Shown piece by piece: positions 31,968 through 45,812 of a stretch of 64,000 bases of DNA. Under the pieces are notes generated by a model. It was not told the origin of the DNA. It made no database searches and saw only the letters and a list, made by a program, of their open reading frames with translations. The stretch is from assembly GCF_009914755.1 (NCBI RefSeq), contig NC_060929.1. The stretch is one strand, 5' to 3'. Both the position numbers and the translations under genes were made by a program. The stretch's first letter is position 1. Each line of letters starts with the position of its first letter. The stretch is from the human T2T-CHM13v2.0 reference genome, Homo sapiens.

Positions 31968-32452
31968 CAGTGACTCTAACTTTAGCAGGGATCATAAACA
32001 CCTGGTGTAATGTGCAAATTCTACACCCTAACCCCACAAAGTTTCAGATTTAGTATGTCTAGAATAGAACCTGGTATTTATTTGTTTTTTTTTGTTTTTT
32101 TGTTTTTTTGTTTTTTTTTTAGACAGAGTCTGTCTCTGTCACTCAGGCTGGAGTGCAGTGGCCTGAACACAGCTTACTGCACCCTACCTCATCCTCCTGA
32201 GCTTAAGCAATCCTTCCACCTAGCTGAGACCACAAGTGTGCACCAACACACCTGGCTAATTTTTTTTTTTTTTTTTCAGTAGAGATGAGGTTTCTCCATG
32301 TTGCCCAAGTTGTTCTAGAACTCCTGGCCTCCCAAAGTGCTGGGATTACAGGCATAAGCCACTGCACCCGACCCTGATATTTTCATTTCTAACAAATTTC
32401 ACATGATACTGATTCTGCTGATCTGGGACCACACTTTGAGAATAACTACCCT
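31968..32452. mobile_element. MER5-type hAT MITE split by AluJ (32085-32373, minus)
   Basis: CATTTCTAACAA...GGACCACACTTTGAGAA; CCTG(G/A)TATTT flanks the Alu. Confidence 0.75.
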
Positions 32453-33439
32453 AGACTTTTGCAATGATGCCTGAATTTTTCTCTGCTTACACTTTTGCCT
32501 ACCTCCTTACAGCAAAACCATCCTTCCTTGAACCCAAGAGGACTTAAAGATATCTGCTCACCTTCTGTAAGGCAAACTGAAACTTCTATTTGAGCTGGTG
32601 TTTTTGCTAAAATTGTGCTCTCCAATCATATTTAATTGGACAAGTAACTGTGATTTGATTTATTGCAGATCTGAAGGACCACTCTTGCCCTCCCACTATC
32701 CAAGACTTCTTTTTAGCGTAGGTTTTCTTGTCATACACTCCAAATTTGGATTTGCTCGTCTAAACCTCTGGCTCACATATGATATTTAAAGAGTCTTACT
32801 CAAAGCCTTCAAAGTGCTCCCTTCACTTCTCTAGCAAGTGGCATCACTCAGAAAGTTGTATTTTTGTATCAAATGTCTAGCTTGTCTGGGACTTTTAAAC
32901 AATGTTTAAGAACTAGCAACCTTTGCTAGTTTTGTTGAATACCTACCATTCTTTACGTATCCCAAAGATACATATACTTTCCTACAAAGATACATTACTT
33001 CTTTATGTATCTTTGGGATACATAAAAAATGGTAGGCACACTATTTTTTTTAATGGCTTCACATCTTGATCTTTGTTCATTATTCAAAATTACATGCTTA
33101 TTATTGGGCATTGCAGGCTGCCTCTATAACCCAACATTTATCACATATTTAAAAATTTGGTTCTTTTTTTTTGCTTCCAAAATAGTTATCTCAGGCAAAC
33201 AGGAATCCATGAGAACTACAGTCATATCTTTTGACCCAATTTGTCTGCTGACTTCTCTTGGTGATTCAGTGTAAAACACTACAGGTGCTAATCTGCCTGG
33301 GGCAGGAAAGTACAAAACAGATTTGATACAACAGTTTCAAGGCTTACAGGTAATTAACTCAGCATGATTTAGCTGGATTTGTACCAAGCATTTGTTTGCC
33401 CATGCTGAGAAAAATAATACTTTGTCTCTTTCATCAGTG

Positions 33440-33620
33440 GATCTCAAAACACTTTGCAAACATTAATTAATGCTTATCACACATCTCGTCATCCCCATTT
33501 CCAGATGAGGAAACTGAGCAGTAGAAGCTAGAAAGTGATTTGCCTGCAGTCTTGCAGCTGGGCCCAGTGGAGTGCAGAGTAGAACACTGATTTTGGTTTT
33601 TTGACCTTGGGGTCATACTT
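33440..33620 (-). mobile_element. MIR
   Basis: CCCCATTTCCAGATGAGGAAACTGAG core. Confidence 0.8.
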
Positions 33621-33768
33621 CTTCTTGTTGACAGAAGAGCTGACACCATACTCTTAAATAGGGACAACCAAGTTTAGTCATTCCTTCAACCTAATCTATT
33701 CAAAACACAACAGAGTGAAAATTTAGGAAAGATATGTGGCTATGTTTTATATGGATAAACTCTGGTGG

Positions 33769-33770
<2 letters not shown>

Positions 33771-33802
<32 letters not shown>
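33771..33802. repeat. (GT)16 microsatellite
   Basis: Direct reading. Confidence 0.95.
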
Positions 33803-33805
<3 letters not shown>

Positions 33806-34629
33806 CACATATGTGTATGCTTCTGAACATGCATTTAACATTGAGTTAGAATTATTCCTTAGTTAGACAGCATTTTATAAGCGTTTATTTGCCCTGTGGA
33901 GAGATTGACTGACCAATGAATGGAAGGAATGAAAGTAAAGGGTTGCGCCTTTCCATGGATCAAGTCATGAGATAGCTGCAAGTAGGGGCTCACCCAACTG
34001 TCAGGAAATGGCTGCACTTCAAACTGGCATTCCACGGGACTGGTGGCTTTGCTTCTCTGCAGTTGGAAGAGCTACAACTAAACCCAACCTCACACCAAAT
34101 GTTCACCAGATGCTTGCAGCTGGCATTTCCAGATAGCTCCCTACACAGCAAGTGACTGGCCCAGGCTGCTCATCCCCTGCCTGCAAGCCTGTTCTCACAC
34201 TTGCCTTATAGAAAGGGAGAGCAGCAGGAGGGTGGTGATGTCTCTCCTGGGGCACACTTCTAATGTGGGCCCAACTGTACTAGGCAAGGAACCCCTTCCT
34301 GCAGGGAGACCTGGGCAGGCAACTGCTGACCCTGTTCTCTTGCAGTTCCAGCCTGCACCATGGGACATCACTGGTAACTGGCCAAGCCATTTATACACAC
34401 AGCTGTCCCAGGCACCAGAGTCTTGACGCTCAGAGTCAGGCCCTCAGTTCTGGTATTTTTATATATCACTAGTGGGAGCAATTTTTATTGGCTTCAGTAG
34501 ATAACTTTTTAAAGATGGCAGAGGAATTATAAAGAGTGTCCAAACTTGAATTGAAAATGTTATATATGCCTTTTTCAGGGTACCAACATAAGCATAGTAT
34601 ACATTTAATTAACATTTCATTTTATGTAG

Positions 34630-35138
<509 letters not shown>

Positions 35139-35365
35139 TAGGGGAAGACGGGTATTCATCAACTTCCAGATCCTCCTTACGAAAGGCCTTTGGAAATCTC
35201 TAGCTAATGTGGTAAGGGACACAGTTTCTGCTTTCCTATATCATGGTCCTCTTTCCTTTTTTGTCTTTGGGTTTCTCTTCTGTGGCTTATGTCATTGTTG
35301 CCCCATGCCAATCCGTGATAAGATAATGTAGAATCTTCATTACTGCCTTTTCATTATTACTCCTC

Positions 35366-35565
35366 AGTTTGATGTTCTCAAATGGTAGTGTTCATTAGAA
35401 GTATCTGGAGATCTTGTTTAAAAGAAAATGCAGCTTCCTGGCTGCACTCTCAGAGATGCAGATTTAACAGGTCTAGAATGGGCTCCAACTGTCTGTGTTT
35501 TTAACAAACATGCCTAGGTCATTCCAATGTATGTGACCCATGGATTGCACTTTGAGAAACATTGC
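35366..35565. mobile_element. MER5B-like MITE
   Basis: GTTCTCAAA...AAAATGCAG...CACTTTGAGAAACATTG. Confidence 0.75.
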
Positions 35566-36334
35566 TTTAAAGTTTGCATTTGAAAACATTCCAAGTTTGT
35601 TTCAAATACAGCCTTTGCCAAAGCTTTACTCTACAAAACGCTGGTTGCCCACTTTGTTAAATAAACTCCAAGAACAGCTTTTGCTGCTTACCTTGTCTTG
35701 CAGCTTTCTGTAACTCAATATCCTGTTTGGCCTCTGATCTCTTTATCCTCATGTATTCTCTCCTGTACACTAGGGTAAAATAAAAGAATTTTTATTCTGC
35801 CAAAAGTGTAACTTTTAGATAAAGGTCCTAATTAAAAAGAAATCTCCCTATTATACACAGTCATGTATAAATACCATTAAGCACCCCTCAGGCGGCAATT
35901 ATTGGATTTTTATTGTTTAAACAACTGGAAAGATATGCTTGTGGATGGTCTAGTTTTTAGAAAACATGATAATTATCTATTAATCAAAAAGATGTCTTCT
36001 GTTTTCATTGCACTGTTTACATATATACATATACTTATTTATATATTAGAAAAAGAAAAGACAGTATACGTTCAGCAAATTTGATTCCTGCTTTAACTTC
36101 TAAATTATCCAATTCTCGTTCCCTTTTATTGCCACTGGCATACATTAAATAATGGGCACATGGCAATCCAGGCCTATACTTTGTTAACACCAGCCAGCGC
36201 TTTAATTCCAAGGATCTATCGAGCAGGCAACTGCCATTTTATGTGGTTAAAAAAGAGTAAGCAAGAAGATTGGTTTTTCTGACACTGAGAAGCAGAACGT
36301 TTCCACAACATGGCAGCTAATGCTATACCATATG

Positions 36335-36530
36335 TTAGGATAGCAAAACTGTGACCTCTAGGCCAAGTCAGGCCCATCACTTATTTTTGTAAGTAATGTT
36401 TTATCAAAGTACAGCCATGATCACTGGTTTATCCGCCTATGATTGCTTTTATGCTACAACATCAGAGTTGAGTAGTTTCAGCAGAGACTGCATGGCCCGC
36501 AAAGCCTATCAGACTTGCTATCTGGCCCTG
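36335..36530. mobile_element. MER58A MITE
   Basis: CAGAGTTGAGTAGTTTCAGCAGAGACTGCATGGCCCGCAAAGCCT. Confidence 0.85.
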
Positions 36531-36838
36531 TGCTACAGGATGGGCCTTTCTGTGGTCACTGTCCACATAGAATAAGTAGCAAGAGCATGTATAAGATTTG
36601 ACCCCGAGGGGAACTACATTTCCTGCAGCCTTTCTGGAGGATTGGGATCACTCACTGGCTGAGTGTTTTGTTGTATTCCCTTTGGAATTAGTATAGAGCA
36701 GCTACATTTAAAGAACATTTACAATACTTTTTATAAATTTTCTTCTTTTCTCGCTGGCTTTAAAAATGTAAACATTTCCCAACTCATTTTCTAGGTAGAA
36801 GAACTTACCATTATAGATACCGTGAAAGGGATCTTATA

Positions 36839-37428
36839 CCAGGGTTTTCCAAATAGTATTCTGAAGCACACTATTATTCTTTTACATCCGAATACATTTT
36901 TTTTTTCTTGAGACAAGGTATCGCTGTGTTACCCAGGTTGGAGTGCAGGGGCACAACCATACCTCAGCGCTGCAGCCTCAACCTCCTGGGTTCAAGCGAT
37001 CTTCCTGTCTTAGCCTCTTGAGTAGTTGGGGCTACAGGTGGTATGCCACCATGCCTGTCTAATTTTTATTATTTTTGTGGAGATGGGGTCTTGCTTTGTT
37101 GTCCAGGTTGGGCTTGAATTCTTGAGTCTCAAGCTATCCCCCTGCCTCGGCTTCTGAAAGTCCTGGGATTACAGGTGTGAGCCACTATGCCTGGCTTTAG
37201 ATCTGAATAAATTTTTTAAATTAAAAAGTTCGATAAGTAATGGGGTGAACAAACTTTTACTTTTTTATGCTGTAGAATTTCTCAGAGCTTTAATATGCTC
37301 CAACTCTAAAAATAAACTATACCATGGAATATCTTCCAAACTTGTTTGTGTAGTGTTTACATATTTAACCAGAGAATATTTTTTGAGGAATAGTAATTTT
37401 TGAGAGAACATGGATTGGAAAGTGCTAG
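36839..37428. mobile_element. MER103-like hAT element split by AluJ (36897-37196, minus)
   Basis: CAGGGTTTTCCAAA start, TTCTCAGAGCTTTAATATGCT; Alu TSD TTTA(C/G)ATC(C/T)GAATA. Confidence 0.6.
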
Positions 37429-37821
37429 CCTAAGTCAAGTCCTTGCCTTTTATAGTGTGGTACTAAATAATTCTAAATAAGCATGATTTGCTTTTTTGCA
37501 AGTTTGTAGCAGGAAATTCTACCCTCTTAGTTGCAGCCCTGCTCACCTAGTTGAAACACTATTAATCTGTGGCTTCAAAGTCTGTATTCACAGCATTCCA
37601 GTGACTTGATCTGCTCATTCTAATTGTTTTAAACACTGTTGGTGTTAAAAACAGCCTCCAAAGACTGCCTCAAGAGCTTGCTCAATTATTTAAGAGGCTA
37701 AAGCAGGAAAGCAATATATCCTGAGGGAAGACACACCATTAATTAACATGTCTTCTGTCTTATCATTGTCCTTCTTCACGTTTTATCCCACTGTCAAATT
37801 TGTTTAGTTTATTAATAACTA

Positions 37822-38268
<447 letters not shown>

Positions 38269-38270
38269 TC

Positions 38271-38566
38271 AGCTGGGTGCAATGGCTCACACCTGTAATC
38301 CCAGCACTTTGGGAGGCTGAGGCGGGTGGATCACAGGGTCAAGAGATTGAGACCGTTATGGCCAACATGGTGAAACCCCGTCTATACTAAAAATACAAAA
38401 ATTAGCTGGGTGTGGTGGTGTGTGCCTGTAGTCTCAGCTACTCAGGAGGCTGAGGCAGGAGAATTGCTTCAACCTGGGAGGCGGAGGTTACCATGAGCTG
38501 AGATCACGCCATTGCACTCAAGCCTGGTGACAGAGCGAGACTTTGTCTCAAAAAAAAGAAAAAAAA
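38271..38566 (+). mobile_element. AluSc
   Basis: GGTCAAGAGATTGAGACC diagnostic. Confidence 0.93.
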
Positions 38567-39519
38567 GGTGGTATATTTATTATCTTACTATGTGCAAGAA
38601 GCTTAGTTTTTGTTTCTGCCTTTCCTTGTGTGTTGGGTTGGAACTTTACTAATAAAACAGTCAACCAGTAGACTAAGTTCATGATACATATGCCTTGACA
38701 AAATTTTTTCACTGTTTGTTGTTGTTTTTGATGGCTACAAGACTTTTATTATTGATATCTTCTTTTTTCCTCAGTCACAAATTAATTATTACATGTAGAT
38801 TTGCTAATGTACTGCCCAGGTGGATTGTACTGCCTAATCCATCCCAAACCACTAATACTATCAATGGTTCTGGAATAAACTCATTATCCTTCTGCTCTGA
38901 GCCAATCAGCCCCTATTCTGGTTTGATAGATGCTGGAGACATTTATGAGATTTAAAATTAATATTTTCTCTGATAATTTAAGACATTTGGAGAGTGTCAC
39001 GTGGGCATTTTAACTACTTTCTCCAAATTACTTTAGATGGCAATCTGGAAGCCCAGCCACCTGGAGCAGTAAACAAGCAGGTGTGGACTAGGCAGCCCAA
39101 ATCCTCTAACTCAGGACAGACAGTGTGAAATTAAGATGGGAAACAGAGAAATGTGGTGGTGCCCTGAGACATGAGCTGCCTCCACAAGTGCTCCTGCAAG
39201 TGAGTTTCTGCTTCTGGAAACAAAACTCTAGTTCATATTGACTTTCTGTGATGTATCTGTATATGTCAGTCAGCAGTTGCTATGTGCATCAGGATAGCAG
39301 TGACCAAAGGCAGTGGCTGTTTTTTTTTTTTTTCCTCCCATGCCCTCTTTGTGAGGAAAGCCTAACATCTTAATCAGAAATAGCATGTGCCTGTAGGAGT
39401 CTGATGTTTTTCTCATTATAATTCCCACCTGTGCAGATGGCAAAGCACCTTTGCCCTGGGACAGATGCTCTCCATACACTGCTCACCATTGGTTCTCTCT
39501 TATCTCCCAGATTGTGAAT

Positions 39520-39704
39520 TTTCCAAGTGTTAGAGCTGTTTTTTACTAGCTCATGAGAGCCTGTATTTTACATATCTCTTCTCAACTCCATGTTCAGTGA
39601 TGTTGAGGGGCTTTAAAGTGGCCAGATTGAGAGTATTTGTAAATTAAGGCCTCCTTCCCCCTACCAAGGGGACTGGTTGGTAAACATTCACTGGCAAACC
39701 ACTG
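39520..39704. mobile_element. MER63-like hAT element
   Basis: GCTCATGAGAGCC...GGTTGGTAAACATTCACTGGCAAACCACTG. Confidence 0.65.
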
Positions 39705-39921
39705 GTTCCTTCCTTCCTGATCTAGCCTCCCTGGACTTAACTTTGGCCTGTAGAACTTCAGTACCCACACAACCCAAACTAAATATTTCTAATTCTTTGT
39801 ACCTGACATCTTTGGTTCATTTATTGCTTTATTTATATTTGAGCACATGCCAGGCACTATGTTACAGTTCCAGGGATCAAAAACAATATGCCTTATCCTT
39901 TAAAAAAAAAAAAAAAAACTT

Positions 39922-40145
<224 letters not shown>

Positions 40146-40271
40146 CATTTATATCATCCCCAAAAGAAACTGTATATATCCCAGCTTTTGCTCTCTCCCT
40201 GCTCGACCCCTTTTTTAACCACTAATCTATTCTGTCTCTGTAGAATTGCCTATTCTGGACATTTTACTTAA

Positions 40272-40645
<374 letters not shown>

Positions 40646-40948
40646 GTTTTCTTTTTCTCTTTTTTGAGTCAGGGTCTCACTCTGTCACCCAAGCTGGAAT
40701 GCAGTGGTGCGATCTTGGCTCACTGCAACCTCTGACTCCAGGGTTCAAGTGATTCTCCTGCCTTAACCTCCCAGGTAGCTGGGATTATAGGTGCTCGCCA
40801 CCACGTACAGCTAATTTTTTGTATTTTTAGTAGAGATGGGGTTTTGCCATGTTAGCCAGGCTGGTCTCGAACTCCTGGCCTCAAGTGATCTACCTGTCTC
40901 AGCCTCCCAAAGTGCTGGGATTACTGGCGTGAGCCACTGCACCTGGCC
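40646..40948 (-). mobile_element. AluS (tandem with previous)
   Basis: Antisense dimer. Confidence 0.95.
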
Positions 40949-41370
40949 AGAACAGTTTTCAAGATTCATCCATGTTGTAGCATTTATCAGTACTTTATAG
41001 CTTTTTTAAAATAGACAATTTTATAGGTCAGTTTTATTTTTATTTTTATTATTTATTTATGTATTTATTTTTGTAGAGCAATTTTAGATTCACAGCAAAA
41101 TTGAGAGGAAGGTACAGAAGTTTCTCATATCCCCCCACCCATGCATAGCTTCCCTATTATTAATATCCCCCACTGCAGTGGTACCTTTGTTATAATTTAT
41201 GAACCTTCATTGACACATCGCAATCACCCAAAGACCATGATTTACATTAGGGCTCACTCTTGGTGTTACCTGTTTTATGGATTTGGACACATGTATAATA
41301 ACATATATCTACCATTATAGCATCATGCAGAGGAGTTTCACTGCCTTAAATATTCTCTTGTTCTATATGT

Positions 41371-42247
41371 TGTACGGGAGTTAATATACCTTTTCTCTTT
41401 ACGTTCTAGGTTGATGTTTGAGGATGTTATAACAAAAGACAGATTAGCAGGAAGAAAGCATGCAAATTTAGTCACATCCAAACATATGTTTTTCTCTTGA
41501 TAATCTGAACTTGGAAAATAACTGGCAGGAAATTTTTACCTTCTTTTCTCAACCGGACACTACAGACAAAGATCTGGGAGAGCTGACTTTAGTAAGAATT
41601 TTTACATTTTGCCAGCTTTTATTCATTGTGCTAGAATCCCATCCGTAGCTCTAAAGCAAATGGGGTTTTCAGCCACCCCATGTTGGGCTCCAGAAAACGT
41701 TGGTAGTGGAAAAAATAATCTTTTTCTCTACTCTACCTAGGTTTATGGCTGACACCCCTTTAACAATACAAATTAACAAGAAAAAAGCATACATATTCAT
41801 TTCATATAAGCTTTATGTGACATGGGAATAACTGTAAAGAAGTGAAAACTCAAATAAATGGTTAAACCTGCGTACTTCTATGCTAGGTTTGATGAAAAAT
41901 GGATAGTATGGATAGTTATGGGTAAATGTACCAGGTCAAAAAGGGTATGATCTAACGGTAAGAAACTGAGGGAAATGTAGTGAGACCCATTTGTTCAGAT
42001 TCTTCTCTGTGACCCTTTGTCTTCAGAGATAAGGATATTCATAAGACCCCCATGTGAGACGTACTCTCCATGTACCAATAGGATAGGAACTTCCATATCT
42101 TATGAAAGTCAGAAAATTCATCCTAGGTTTTATGACCTGCTTCAGGAAAGAGTGGTGTGGGGAGGGTGAGAGTGACCTTCTTGTTTCTGTTGCTTTCTCA
42201 AATGCCAAGGTGCCATATTTTGGGGAAGTATATTCTGAACCCAATCA
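41371..42247 (-). mobile_element. Internally deleted ERV1 (MER34/39-group LTR ~41704-42247, PBS, leader, partial second LTR 41371-41470)
   Basis: Minus strand TGATTGGGTTCAGAATATACTTCCCCAAAATATGGCACC start; PBS-like TGGAGCCCAACATGGGGT at 41675-41692; LTR 3' segment repeated (TAACAA..CA.ATTA.CA.G..AAAGCAT at ~41430 and ~41761). Confidence 0.7.
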
Positions 42248-43204
42248 GTATTCATCTCCTTCTTCTCTAACCCCTGGCAACCACTGATCTTTATACTGTC
42301 TCTACAGTTTTGACTTTTCCAGAATGTCATATAGTTCAGGTCATGCAGTATGTGGCCTTTTCAGATTGCCTTCTTTCAGTTAGTCTATGCATTTAAGTTT
42401 CTTCCCTGTTTTTTCATGGCTTGTCAGCTTATTTCCTTCTACCACTGAGTACTATTCCATTATCTAGATGTACCTGTTTATTTATCTGCACACCTACGGC
42501 AGGCCATCTCGGATGCTTCAAAGTTTTGGCAACTATGAATAAAGCTACTATAAATATCCGTGTGCAGAGTTTTTGGTAGGTAAAAGTTTACAAAACCTTT
42601 GAGTAAATATCCAGAAATGCAATTGCTGAATCGTATGATAACAGTACGTTTAGTTTTGTAAGAAACTGCTAGACTATTTTCCAAAATGACTATAGCATTT
42701 TGCATTCCCAGCAACAATCAGAGAAAGTTCTTGTTGCTCCATGTGCACTTTATTTCTAACTGCCTAACATTCAGTTGTATGTATGAATATTACATGTTAC
42801 TTATTTTTTTAAGAAATACCAAACTGTTTTCCACAATGTCTATACCAATATACCTTCCACTAGCAATGTATGAGGGTTCCAATTTTAATACATTATCAGC
42901 AATTCCTTTTATATTCTGATTTAAAAAAATTATAGTAATTCAGGTGGGTGGTATGTCATTATGATTTTGATTTTCATTTTTCTAACCCCCAATTATGTTA
43001 AACATCTTTGCATGTACTTATTGATATTTGTATTCATGTATCTTTTTGGGAGTTACACTTATTCAAATCTTTTGCCCCTTTTTTTTCCTTTTGTTAGTGA
43101 GTTGTAAGAGTGATTTATATATTCTAGATACTAGACCTTTTTCAAATATGTGATTTGCAAATATTCTCTCCCATTTTGTAGGTTGCATTTTCATTTTCTC
43201 AATA

Positions 43205-43345
43205 ATGTTCTTTGTTGTTGTTGTAGTTGTTGTTGTTTTTGTTAAGACAGGGTCTTAATAAAAGCTGGAGTTCAGTGGTGTAATCATAGCTCTCTCTGCA
43301 GCTTTGACCTCCTGGGCTCAAGTGATCCTCCCACCTTGGCCTTCC
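43205..43345 (-). mobile_element. Alu fragment with (TTG)n tail
   Basis: GACAGGGTCT...CCTGGGCTCAAGTGATCCTCCCACC. Confidence 0.85.
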
Positions 43346-43960
43346 ATTTACTGAGATGGACAACACTGGAAATAAAAAGACAGGTTTGGGGAGAATAATT
43401 AACATGCTGTTTTAGATTTGTCGATGTTTTAGATTTTTATTTGACATCTACAAGAGCAAAGCTGGAGATATAAAATTTGGAAGTCAATAGCATATTTGTT
43501 CTTTAAGGTCTTGTGACTTGATGAGATTACATAGGAGCAGACTCTAATAGAGAGCTAATGAGGTCACAATACTGAACCCTCGTGTCTTTCTGACATTTGG
43601 AGGTCGGTAAAAGAGGATTCATTAAGTGGGAGAAAAACCAGAAGACAACTTGACTTTAGAGCTGGATAAGTAAAAATTAAAATAATATTGATAGTTATAG
43701 TAATAAGGATGAGTATAACACAAGGTGGGGAACTGTCTTCGTTTGGGAAACTCCTTGATAGTTATGTTAAATCTGTCTCTTAGAGTACAGATTTGAACAA
43801 AATAAAAAAAAAGATTGCTAATCTGCTATTCATAAAAGATAAGCAGGAATTTGGAGGACAGGGAGAATTTTAGTGAGGGTATTGGGAATAAGGGCAGAGT
43901 GAATGACTAAACAACACAGTAGGGTGGCTGAAGAACTTCTAGATTTTAAGTTATTTTAAT
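43346..43960 (-). mobile_element. L2 fragments
   Basis: CCATTTACTGAGATGG, GCTGGAGATATAAAATTTGGAAGTCAATAGCATAT. Confidence 0.65.
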
Positions 43961-45049
43961 AGCTAGAAGTCAATTCATCTGTTTCCCCAAGACTTCAGTA
44001 ACATGTGCTACATAGAAAAGAGCTTTTAGTGACTGGTGTGTGTGTGTCTCTGTGTGCATATGTGTATTCATGTGTGCAACAATGAAGACACTCATATAGA
44101 TTGGGTTCGGAGCTGAGCAGAGAGGAGGGGCAGAAGAGGCCACCCGTCTTGAGAGAAGAGTGGAATGCAGACTTATGTAGCAATAGAAATTTGAAGGCAG
44201 AATGGACATGGGAAGGGAAGTCATCGGGAATGCAGAGACATCTGGGGGTCTGGGATTGAACTACCTTCTAGGTTATACCTCTATGACCTACTAGCTGCCT
44301 GATTCCTCCACCATGTTAACTGCTTTGGACTAGGATCTCTTGTTACTTAACTCTTAGTATTTATGCTGATTTCCTTAGTTGCTTGGACTCCCATTCCTGC
44401 CTGCTGCTGGACAACACCATTGGGTTATCACTTTGCTCTGGCAGTACTCTTTCCTTTTAAAATAGGCCAAATGAGATTGATGTGTATTTCCTGCTTCTAA
44501 AGAAATACAAATAAATTAAATGAGAATGTGGCCTCCTCTGATGCAAAGAATGTATCTTGATATGTTTTCAGCTGCCAAGCTTTCAAAATATGCCCAGAAT
44601 TTTTCCCCACTACTAGGTTTGTCTAGTTTTTGTCGATAGTGGTGATTAACTTTTTGTGTCATCACTTGTATAAATTAACTCTAAATTAAAAGAAAATCTT
44701 TTTTGTTCTTCCTAAACAAAAGTTTAATTTTTATGACCTTTGCTACCTTTTAGATAATGGCCAGTTGATTGTATTTTTTATAGACTCTGAATCTTTATTT
44801 CAATATCTGAAGACTAGACAGAGGATACACAAAAAAAGACTACATTCAAGTAACAGAAAAAATACTAGACTTATAAATTAGTTTTCAAACTCCCCAATAG
44901 TTCTTCATAAATAGTTGGATTAAACAATACTATTTTTTTGGTTTCTACCTAACCTTGTTCCTTCTTTAACTAACTGCCTCTTATCTCTCCCTTTCTCTCT
45001 TCCTTCTTTTATTCACAAATGTGTCCCATAACCTCTAAAGCTAAAGAAA

Positions 45050-45310
45050 TTAGACGTACTGAACCACTGTTGAATAGAGGAATTTAAGAGCCCCAATCTG
45101 ATCTATTAATAAGTTCAAATCTCAGCTTTACCACTTCCCATTCTTGTGATCTTCATAAGATGTTTAACCTTTGTGCTTTGGTTTCCTAACCTTTAAAATG
45201 TGGATAATAATAGTACCTGATCACATGGGGCTGCTAGGGAAACTGAAATAGATTATACACACACGAAGTACTTAGAGCAATGCCTAGCATAATAAACACT
45301 AGCTGTCATT
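45050..45310 (+). mobile_element. MIR
   Basis: GTTCAAATCTCAGCTTTACCACTT...AAAATGTGGATAATAATAGTACCT. Confidence 0.8.
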
Positions 45311-45529
45311 ACTTTCCACATTATCTCAGATTTAAACAAGATACTAATACTAGAGGGAAATAATTAAAGTATATTTTGCAGTGTTGTCTGTTTGTACAGA
45401 AGAAGTAACTGGGGCTGGGAGAAAGATTCAATGTATTTGAAGAATAGATGAAAAAGAGCCAGGTAATGGTCTAACTTCTTTAAGCGAATTTAGAAAATAC
45501 TCTACCAGTTAGTTTGCTTTCTTGCTTTC

Positions 45530-45812
<283 letters not shown>

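Noticed and set aside
34050-34160. Possible small exon (CTCTGCAG acceptor ... GCAAGT or GTGACT donor)
   Set aside because: Weak donor, no recognisable protein similarity, no partner exons
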